Assembly: GCA_038496445.1 (NCBI GenBank)
Contig: JALMLS010000466.1
Span: forward strand, 62,001-126,000
From: Trichosphaerium sp. ATCC 40318
Lineage: Eukaryota > Protista > Tubulinea
Reading direction: 5' to 3'
DNA length: 64,000 nt
The notes under the pieces were generated by a model. It saw only the letters and a list, made by a program, of their open reading frames with translations, was not told where the DNA came from and did not search any database. This document shows positions 51,309-62,398 of this stretch, in pieces. Position 1 is the first letter of the stretch, and every line of letters starts with the position of its first letter. A program made the translations under genes and the position numbers.

Positions 51309-52433
51309 TTTTGTTTCCAATAAAACGCTCTTGTTTTACTGACAAGTGTAAATCATTTACTAACAACATTGACACTACAGAAAGGTGCAGGCTTGTTCTT
51401 TTAGATGTACAGAATGTAACAACCTGTGTTGAACCTTCCATCGTATTTGCGACATATGTGTGGATGCGATAAAGCGACAAACACGTTTAGATGCTCCTCA
51501 GCCCAAGCCATCTGCAAATATTGTTTTACCCTCATTGAAAGATGTTTAAACACGACAACTCGAGGCCTTTTTTTGGTACCTCACATAGTCCGCTACAACC
51601 AAATTTCTATGAGTGATGCGGTAGCAAGGCAGGGCGTAGGCCTTTCTGGGGCGCATATTAGACAGGATTTTTTGCACAAGAATCCATGGATTGGGTAAAA
51701 AAAAAACAATGTCAAAATAACTTTCTAGGTACAATTAATACAGTACAAATTACGCTTCCCAAAGCATAAGACTGAAATTAGAACAGTTTCTTTCCCTCTC
51801 CACGTCTAAGCCGATTACTGTTTTTAGCTACATGTGTGCCTAGTGCGAACGGGAAGTATTTCCACGTTTGAACTAACACCGATAGTTTGTTTGGACGTTT
51901 AGCGTGTGTAGTACCTCTCTACAGAAACATACATACAACGACTCTACTTAACTCCACTAGTTCCGTCGTTCTAATAGCTGTCTCGTATTGTCACCACCTA
52001 CGTAAGTTTCAAATTTCCATAGCCTGCACTCTTATTCGATGGTGTATGTTAGTTAACACGCAGGTACGCTCTTATTCACTACCGCGTCATACAACGCGAG
52101 TGTCCTTTCACTTAAGCCGCAGGAAAAAAAGTGGTAATTTTGTAGGAGAGCGTGTCACTATTCTGTACTGGTAACCATATATGTTATAAAAGCTACCCGT
52201 CATACTGTGGTTTTGTTCTAAAGCTTCACTACAACCGAATATTTCCTAGCAATCCCAGAACATTTTAACTGCCGGCAATTCACGAAAAAAAACAAAGGCT
52301 GACTTAAGTCGCATGGCATATATTCTGAACATAACAATAATTACATACAAGAACAACAACAACTCTTGTTTATACACCCACCCTCTTTTAAAGAAAAAAA
52401 AAAGGATACAAACATCAATCGTAGCATACAAAT

Positions 52434-53296
52434 ATGAGTGATAATCAAAAGTCATTTTTTGAAAAGCAGTTCGGAAAGAAAGCTGATTGGCATCATACAG
52501 ATCCAACAAAAGAATGGTGGTTAGGTCATCCTTTCACTAAAAAGGCTCACTTGGATTACGTTGGTTCGTACAAGCTAGCACATGACCCAAAGCACTTTCA
52601 AATATTTCGCTTTCCAAACGATATTCATCATACAAAGAGGTCTTTCTACAGCGTATGGATAAGAAATCCTGGCGTACGTCAACTTTGATTTTCTCCACAA
52701 AACGATAAAACAAGTTAACCTGTCAAGCACTCTTCTTGTATTTCTCTTCTTTTAATCGCCCAAACGGCAACAGGTTTTCACAACTTGGTTTTAAAAAAAA
52801 ACCGTTTAAATCTTGAATAAAAAAAACGTTTTCCCCATCACCTTACACTCGTTTTAACGTCTCTCACGTGATTTCTGACGCTCCTTCTTTAGAAAAATAT
52901 GCAGCTAACACTAGTCACGTTGGGTTTTACAGCAATCGGCTATTTTATACTTTACCGCCTTCAATGGCTTGATAACTCCATCAGGTATGTAACGAACTTT
53001 AGGCGGTTTTTTTTTGTTGAGATCCTTCAATTAAAAAACAGTTTAGCTGGAAAGCAAAGCCAATACCGCACTTAGAACATAAGTCCTACCATGGCATTGA
53101 ACGGTATAAGATCCTAGGTTATGGCATGGGACCACAATACCTAAGGTTACAGAGTATTGAACCTAGTATTGTACCTGGTGTTCCAGAGCAAAGCGAGTTT
53201 ACTCCAATGGCAGAATACTCAACCAGACAACAACCTTCTCCAATTAAATTTGATCTTGACTCGTTTAACAACTTAGCAAATCAAGACTGGGACTAA
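52434..53296 (+). CDS. Single-pass NDUFA4/B12D-like mitochondrial protein (3 exons)
   Basis: The spliced WIRNPGKNMQLTLVTLGFTAIGYFILYRLQWLDNSISWKAKPIP..ERYKIL resembles the NDUFA4 pattern (P-TM-RL-x6/7-W-x3/4-P-x-P..YK). Confidence 0.55.
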
Positions 53297-53562
53297 GACC
53301 TTTGTAATAGCTGTAAATAAAATAAAATCAATGCAACCTAGTAACCACACGTGCCATTTTCGTTCAGAACTTCAGTTTCTAAGGATTTCGTTAATGTTTC
53401 ATGTAATGCCATATCGTATACTAGATTGACTAGAATCGTATCTTTACTTACCTACAAGCGTTGTACCTTTTCACTTACCATTAATCAAAGCGACTTAGGT
53501 ACAGTATGTTTAAGGCGATAGGTACCAGAGCAAGAATACAGTAGATAATTTTTTTTATTTTG

Positions 53563-56500
53563 TCATTGCTCAAGTTCTGAATATTCACTCTTGTCGTCAT
53601 CTATCCCAAATTTTTGTCCCTTAGCATAGTTCGAATCTAGTTCATTCATAAAGTCTATATTGACACCGTCAAGTACAGATTTTAAGTCAGAATCAGATAC
53701 AACAAGAGACATTGGTTGCAATGTTCCTTTAAGATCGTGTATGATTTTCATGATTGCACTGTCATTTCCTTGTTGCGCTCTGTTCTCAGCAATCTTTCTT
53801 CGTATATCAGAAACACTGATAGGATCCTTGACACTAAACAAAGAGCTCAATATTTAACATTCAAAATTTTTTTGCTTTGTGAAACACGTGAAAATCACAT
53901 GTACCTAAGGAATTGTACTTCATCAGAATCAGTGTTTTTATCCTTGCTAGATGACGTGCTATCATTTTTGCTTGGATCATTACTGGGTGTTGCGCTATTC
54001 TCTTGCTGACTTTCTATCCGTTCTGTAACACAGTCTAAATCAGTGCTTGGGCCGTTGAAATAAAGGTCCTAAACGATACAATAATGAGTTGATTTATCAA
54101 GATTGGTATTCAAAGTTGTATGCGTACATCTCTATCAAGACATTTGAAGTGGCTCACGTTATCTATGAGTTTAGCACCCATACTTTTCTTCCAAATTTGA
54201 AGTTTGAAAATGTGTTCTTCTAATTCACCTGCAACAAGTGTATACGTCTTTACATGCTTTTCTACGACGCCAACGAGTTAATACTATTACGACAGTTTTT
54301 TAAATGCGTACTTTGACCAAATCTATGCGCACGTGCAGATGCTTGATCGTGCTTAAATGGATTACAAAATGGTTCAAAGAATACTACAACGGAAGCTTCT
54401 AAAAAAAATTCAATCAAAGCATCCAGATAACCACTATCATACCGACAAGTGCAACGCCTTCACTAAGTGTATCTTGACTAATCAATAGAATACTTGGCTT
54501 CTCTTGGCTCTGGAACTCTTTGATATATCTCTCTCGCGTTTTTTGGGTAACTTCTCCGGTGATACACTCACTGTCATAGTTTTTACACTTCAAGAACTTC
54601 TTTATGAGGTGCAGTGCCTTTACTTTTCTAGAGAATATCAGAACTGATTCTCCCCTTTCCTTCCACACTTTGATAGCTTTCCAATAAATTCTAGTTTACA
54701 AGAGTCATTTGCATAGGACTCCTGTACTATTGCATCTTCTGATACCAAAGAATGTAAATGTTTATCTAGTGTATCATCTCCTACGATCAGATGCTCGTTA
54801 TAATACTCAAACACAAGCCTCAAATCTAGTGTATAACTTTAGTATGGGCTATTTATACTAGTATCGGTATTAAATACGCACGTGCGGCTATACACTGTGA
54901 TGCATGCATCAGTTCAAGGAATGAAAGTCTTTTTTTTGTTGTCAGAGTAAAATACGATTCAATGCTCCAGTACTTACTTGGGGTGGGTTTTCTTCATCTG
55001 TTTCATTGCCATCTCTTGATAATGGCGCAATGGTAATATAAGTGCACAGTTTGTAATATCTATACAAAAGGTCATTAAAAGCAATTCCTTTTTTTTTTCA
55101 AATACCTGGAAGTGCAGCGTGCATGTTTTCAGTTTTATTCCACACAGTGCGATGTCGTCGAAGAAGATATTTCTTTAAAGTGCTTTGTAACTCTAGTCCT
55201 TTCTCTGTTCCAATACGTATAGTCTCTGGATCTGCACTATAGCATAAAGCGCTAATTATTGGCTTACTGAACTTTTTCTCAAAATGTTTCCAGCTCATAA
55301 ACTCTGACTAAACCACGTGATTAGAAATCAATATTAGAAGAAACTGTAAGAAAGTAGAATGTGTTTGCGAGATAAAAAACCAACGTTCGATTATGAGGAT
55401 GACACAGGCAGGTGAGAGTTGTGTTTCTAAATTTTTTCAAAGAAAAAAAAAATTGATATCGTACAACAATGTTAAACGTCGCCCATAACTCCCTCGTGTT
55501 ATTTTGAAAAACTGTGCCAGAAAGCCCAATTCTTGTCTTGCATTTAAGGTTATTAATGCATTTATAACGTTTCCCTGCAGTGTTTTTGAACATGTGTACT
55601 TCATCAATCAATATTAACCTCCATGGTTTGTCAAGTTCATCCAAGTTTTTTGCAAGTGTAGCAGCTGTAGTCAAGACTATATCACAAGAATCAGCAGTTT
55701 GAAAAGCTCTTCTACGGTTCTGTCCATGGTAAAGAGCACACTTAAGCTGGTAAGTACCAACCTCACCATAGAGCCTATTGAAACGCCCTATTTGATCTTG
55801 CCATGATAGCATAATCAAACGATTAGGCACAATAACAAGGGTTGTCTCAGTCCACTTTTCTTTTGTTTCTGATAGATCACAGTACGTCTTAAAAGCATAC
55901 AAAAGAGAAAGAGCTTGTACAGTCTTACCACAACCCATGTCATCACCCAGAATTCCCTGAACAGTACCCAATTAGTCGTCAAAAAAAACCTAAAAAAACA
56001 CGTGCTCCTGTCTTGTGTTTGTATATACGGTATAAAAACTTTACACCAACACGTTGAAACGGTTGTAGCCTATTAGATATTGAGAGTAAATATACATACA
56101 AGACATAAATTGACTTTACCTTGTGTTGATTTCTTGAGGTACCACAATATGTTTTCCAGTTTCTCGGCAATACTCCAGGTCAAGAGGGTCTTTCGCTGGT
56201 ACATCTTCCCACAAGTAATCTTCATATTTCCGTTTATCAGTCCGACTAGACGTAAAAGTTAAACAAAGAGACATCTTTAACTTCAAAGCCCCCAGTGAGG
56301 ATATTTAACTTGTAAATTTTGCGAACTCTCAACTTTGAAAAAATACTTTACCGTTTCTTTTTTTTGGTAGGAATGATAGTTTGGGCTTTTCGTTTTCTTG
56401 AGATTTCAATAACATTGTTGTCGTCCTCATCCATATCATCATAACCATCACCAAATTCACTATCTTCATCATTGTTACTATCTTCTTTGCTATCACTTCC

Positions 56501-59500
56501 ACCAGTAAGATCGATAACATTTGCGTTAGGTGTTGCAGCTGTAGTTGGAATTGAGTCCATAGGTATGGATGTAGTTAATGGAACATCTTTTGTTATTTCT
56601 TCCATACTATCCTCCAAGTCATTAACATCATCTTCATCTGCAATAAAGTCGGACATGTCATCTACAACCTGGGTAGCGTGCTGTACAGTAGATTTTTCAA
56701 CAGAGTTATCCTGGCTACTTTCAAGGCTAGGCTCAGGTTCTGGTTCATTGGGCTTGTCTGGTTCTGGACCACTCAATACACTTATACGCCAGCTAATTTC
56801 AAGGCTATTTTCTACTGTTGTTTGAAGCCCACTACACCTACGCTTCTTATTGGATTCTGTTACTTTACCTTCTTCATTTATAAGTTTGATTAGCTTCTTC
56901 AACGCCTGGTAAGAAATTAGTTTGGAATACATAATCAAAAGAAAAGGTAAAAACCAAAAACTGGGTGACACGTTTTTTCTTTCAATGGTTAGTTACCTTG
57001 TCACACTTTTGTTCGTCGTCATGTAGAATCTTAAGTTTTATTTCTTTATCTGGATTATCATGCCAGTAAGTCCAAGCACAAAGGTTTACCACCACGTTTT
57101 CTTCCCAATTAGTCTAGAGGGTAGAATAAGTATCAAGTTCGGGTAAAAAAAAAGACAAACATACTGTAAACTCTTCAATAGCTTCGTTTACCAAAGGTTG
57201 AATAACGACTTCTTCTGAGTCTATATCCTTAACGAGTAATTAATATTGGAAATGACATATATATGCTATCTAGCACGTGTATCTTACTTCTTCTCCTGAA
57301 AGATCATCAAAGTTGACGATATCTGACTAAACCACTAATGTAAGCCAAAAAAAAAACTTAGTCCAAACTTACTGTGTCTTCAACTAATTCTGGTTGTACA
57401 CGGCGGATTGGCAGTTCCTCAGGAGCGAAATCACCTTGAATTTCTTCATCCATTGAATCCGAAAAGTTGTTATCAAAAGGCGCTACAGTCATTACATTGC
57501 CACTGATAGACGTTGAGGTTCCCAACTTAAAGAACTCCAAAGCCACCTTAACAATTACAATTAATTTGCTTTCATCTCATTCAAAAAACTCAATCACCTT
57601 TTCTAGAGCTTCGCTGGATAGTTCATCATCATATCGTATACCATTCACTCGTATACCATCCTATAAAAATAATTAAAGATGAACTGAATATCGCTTTTGA
57701 TTATTTTTACCTTCTTGAACTGAGAATCACATTGCTGTACTAGAGATACTACATGATAAAATGAGTTTGCCTCCTAATATGTTAGATGCTGTTAGACATA
57801 CCTAGGGCTTCTTTACCCGTGATAGGTAAACCGAGAAGAATAGAACCACCCATAGGTTCTTCACCTAAAAACCTTGTCAAAAAAGGTAAGTAAACAAAAA
57901 ATAATCAGTACCTGAAAAGCATCCATAATTTTGACGTTTTAAAAAAGTTGTTGCTGTTCTCAAGGTATTTTTTAGCTCAATCATATCTACCTCTCCATCA
58001 ATAGAAAGGCAATCATGAGAACTATTGCAATCCTTTCGTGAACAATCAACAATAAGATCAAACCTAATATAATTATCAGCAATACTTGACCAATGTGCAA
58101 ACCCTTACCCTCCATAACGCTTAACACAGTCACACATTGCTTCTGCAAAGGAATCTTTGATAGTTTTTGTAACCAATCCACCTAAATGCGTAAACAAACT
58201 TAACACCGATCCAGGAGACAAAAAACTCGATGTTTGACTTTGTACCTTCTTCAATATCGTCCAGCTCCTCTTGGGTTTGTGCTATAGCATGAACATTACA
58301 CCCAGCATGAACAAATAACTAAATTAAAGTAATTAGAAGTACTATAAAGACAAGAAAGAACACACCTTTAAAACAGCTTCACCAAGAATTGTCGAGGCAC
58401 CAACAATAATTACAACCATACTCGGACAACCAAGTTCCTTAGTGACACTATTTTCTTTCTGTACTGGAACATCCACACTGTGTTCAGACATCTCAAAATG
58501 CCTTTCAATACTTGGAAGGGCTGTAAACTGACCAATAGACATGGCCCAATGTATCTCTTTAATTTTCTCCTCAAACATCTTACTAAGTACTGTAGCTTCG
58601 GGTACCTGCTTTCTCGTTAAAGTTCTGCCGTTTTGTCACTATTTTAATATCCGTACTGTCTTTGCAATAGCAATAAGTCCAATACCTCTTATAACCACTA
58701 TTTCAGGGTAGAGTAAAGATGTTTCTGACTGGTATGCATCAAACTCGTTCAACAAATGTTCCCCGAGGTCTTGCTCATCTGAGCTAGGACACTCGATAAA
58801 TAGGCATCCCTTTAGAGTAAAAGCATAAGAATAATATAGGTTATATCCTAAACACAGAAAAAGAAGACTGTCAGTACCTCTATTTTTGCAAGGTGATTCG
58901 CAGTCTTCATTATAATTTTTATCCATTCTTCTGCTTGCTCTGATTGGGCAAACTTTAGGATTTCGTTATCTTCATTTTGTACAACTACATAACGCTGCCC
59001 TAACGTTGTCCATATTAATCCACGTAATACCTAGAGGCACGTTAGGTATTATAAGTCTGCAACAGACAAAATAAACGCACAGGAGCCACTAGTGAGTATG
59101 AAAGATAATTCTTTGAAGGAGTCTGAGAAAGAGCCATTTTTTGGTGCCTATCAAGAAACTCTCGAATCTTCTGTATTGCTAATAATTGCGCATTATATGC
59201 TTTTTCATATGTATCACCAAAAGTGATCAAACCATGATGCATTACAACAAGACCTAACACCAAGTTATTTCTGATTATTTTCTTCAAAAAAACAATAACT
59301 TTGTGTTTGTCTATTTCATACCCACAAACGATTTTGATTGTTTTTGTACTTCAACAACACACTTAACTAATTCAAGTATATTATGAGAGTAAGAAACTAC
59401 ACCAAAATCTTCTCCTAGAGCCTAGGAAAGGTGTAAAGTTTCGAAGTGGAAAGAAAAGCTGTGATTTTACCTGTTTTATAAATTTGTCATCTGTTTGGTT

Positions 59501-61692
59501 AACGAGTGCTAATACTTCACTCGAAAAAGATTCATTGACAAATTTAAAAGGTAAAACCAGATGTAAAAGCACATTGAGTGGCCTGAAAAAAAAAGGTTAA
59601 ACTAAGAAAAAAAGAGGAATAACAACGCACGGTCTAACATCGCTGTTTGAGAATTCTCTAGCACTGCAAAGCTCGGTATACACTTTCTCGTTAGATGCAA
59701 CTGCTTTCACACACCTTACATGAAGGTAAGATAATAGGAACTACTAAAAACCGTACATAAACGCAAACTTATGTGTATGCAAAACAATGTTGCATCGGTT
59801 GAATATCAGCTAGCGAACTGCCACGTGGATTGATAGCTATCTAGCAAATAAAAGTAAACACTAAATAACTTGTTCTAAGACCTCCTTGTACTTTTGTATC
59901 TTTACCAAGCCAACTAGTTGTTGTATACTTCACAGAGCAATGACCGTTTAAAAATGCTTGTCTGTGATAATTGAATAAGCAAAAAATATGACCAAATAAG
60001 TATTAGACGTACTTATCAACGTTACACAGCACGTGATTTAAAAAACATCGTAATTTCAAATCTGGGCACACTTCATCTCCAAAACGTTCTATATACTCTT
60101 CAACTGCATCGAGTTAAGTCTAAAAGTACTCTCATGAAAAACAAGGCATTACCTTCCAAAAGCGGATCTGGATCAATCTTGTCGTCAATAGAACTCTCTC
60201 GAGATTGATCGCTGAAGGTCTCATCTACATCCATTACATCATTTGTTGAAGACAATAAATACTTCTTGCTCTTAAACCATGGGAACATCTCATGTTGTTT
60301 AGCAGGAAGCTCTATGTTACTCAATATCAAAGCATCTGTGGCCATGTCAAATAATTTCGGAATACTGGTCCAAAGATAATCGCCCAGTAACAAGTAAATA
60401 GTGTCCAAGCGTCTCATCTTGTTATTGTGGCCTTTTATCCGTTAATTTATTTGTTAAGTTCTACTTCTCGCTTTGAGAGTTCAGACTCACCATAAGTAAG
60501 TATAGCATTCAATTTCTTGATGTAAACAGATCTATGATTAAAACAAGGTTTAGGAGCATCTCTGACTTCAAGTTTACGCCAGGTAAACTCCAAGGTGCTC
60601 TCTTCAACAAGCTGTCAGATATAATTTTTAAAAAAAGTCAAACAAAAACTTTAAAGGTGTACCCCGTGTGAGAAGCCATGTGTCATTCATTAAGGTTCCA
60701 TCACAATCTAGGCCGCCATGTAAAATCCACTTATTTTCTTGCACACGTGTTAATGTATGATTAGCACGTGGCAACTGTTTGGCATGGCACTTCTTCCAAT
60801 TAATGGCATTCCTGGAGCTATCGTAAAGCCACAAGTCTCCTATAAAACACCATTAGTCCACACTTCAGTTCTAGCACATACCCAAAACCTTTCCATCATC
60901 TTTCTCGCCAATATGCCCACCGTGAACAATAGCACACGTACCGCCTGCAGGCGCCATTGCATGAAATCGTCTTGCCTCTAAATTGTTAACAAAGATGTAC
61001 ATACAAATATGGTAAACGCACGTGCTCCAGTATAGGGTTCTTCACCACGCATTTGCCAAGCATATCCTATATCCATTAATTCGTACACCCATACATCATG
61101 TTGAAGCGTGTTGTTACTATCACCTCCAAAAAAAACTGAAAAGCGTCAATACAATCTAAGTGTCACTGATTTGTTCTTACCAACATTTTGATTGTCCAGT
61201 AGTGCACTAGCATAACCAATTCTATTACCAGGTCCCCACGTATCCTTCAAAAGTAAGGTCAATCAAGAAAATCCACAAAAGCTCCACCAAAAATCCAAAA
61301 ATCCAAAAAAAAGTGAAACCTACATCATCACCAAGATCATAGTATTCTTTGGTGTCAAATGAATACTTGCTAACCATACTTTTACCTGGTGCGTTACCCA
61401 AAAAGCCTGTCAATAAATCAGATAATGTGTAAAAATCATCCAAATACACAAAACGCACTGTACAGTTCACCATTAAGCATATGATAAGTAGCGTGTTGGC
61501 GTACAGCTCCTTTTGGAGCCAAAGGAGCTAGTTTTTCCCATAACCAACCCTCTGCGCTTGTATTAGCGGTATTACGTAAAATATAATACCATGGCGTATC
61601 GTACGGTTACTTTTAGTATTCAACAGTTCGTTGACGTCTGGTGGCTTTTTAGGTAACTCTAACCACCTACAATGACAACTATCACGTTTCAT
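53563..61692 (-). CDS. Kelch-repeat + degenerate class II aldolase/SDR + uncharacterised domain + SNF2-family helicase (paralog B)
   Basis: Kelch (RQWAPA..LFTVG, GDLWLY, RANHTL..ILHGG, NDTWLL) at ~60400-61400; aldolase/SDR-like region at 57480-60103; SNF2 motifs GILGDDMGCGKTVQ, ILIDEVH, RIGLSGTVFQNNTRELW, QASARAHRFGQ. It shares intron positions with paralog A. One junction (~59700-59790) needs a weak or GC donor, and the start is approximate. Confidence 0.75.
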
Positions 61693-61953
61693 TGCTCCTA
61701 ATGACGCATTGAAAATCCTGTATGTTAAGCTAGGCACTAATTGTACCAAATTCACGCGCGAAAACCGGTTAGCTGTCAATGGCTACTTAAAGGTGTGCAC
61801 ATGTGCGTCGTTAGTTGGGCATACTACAGTCTAGACAAAGTGCACCAGGCTTCATTTTAGAAATCACGTGAGTTGTCTTTAAATCAGAAAAGGATCTCGG
61901 TTTGTTGGAAAATGAAGGTGTTTATTGCTTCTTGGCCTTCCATAATCAATAAT

Positions 61954-62279
61954 TTACATAAAGAGTCTTCCATCTTCGTCCCACCATGTATAATTACCGT
62001 TTGGTTCAGCGTAGCTTAAAGCTGAAGTTGTCGATTGTCAAACCGCTCTTTAAATTCACCATGCTTTCTACTATCAACCCACCCTTGTACTGTTGTTGTC
62101 CGTTTTGATACCATTGTGTACCCGCCAAATTGCACTCCATTAACATACTCTTTATGCATCTTGATTGGTCCGTTCTCATACCATTCCTTGTATTCACCAT
62201 GTATCTCAGCATTAACAAAAGTAGTAAGTACTTTTAATTGCCCATTTGAAAACCACTCCTTGTGCACCCCATTTTCCAT
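61954..62279 (-). pseudogene. Intronless MORN-2/YwqK-type repeat gene remnant
   Basis: NGVHKEWFSNGQLK, HGEYKEWYENG, QWYQNGQ (shifted frame), HGEFKERFDN, an in-frame TAA, then GNYTWWDEDG. This requires two frameshifts and a premature stop. Confidence 0.75.
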
Positions 62280-62398
62280 AGCATTGCTAACCTTGGGTGG
62301 ACTGTGGCTTTGACAACATTTTTTTTGTTGAAACATCTCAAGGCTCACTTATGAAATAATGACGCTTGGTTAAAAATACAGCACAACAACTGAGGCTT

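Noticed and set aside
51310-52430. Short ORFs on both strands between SNF2 paralog A and the NDUFA4-like gene
   Set aside because: No recognisable motifs or consistent splice path were found.
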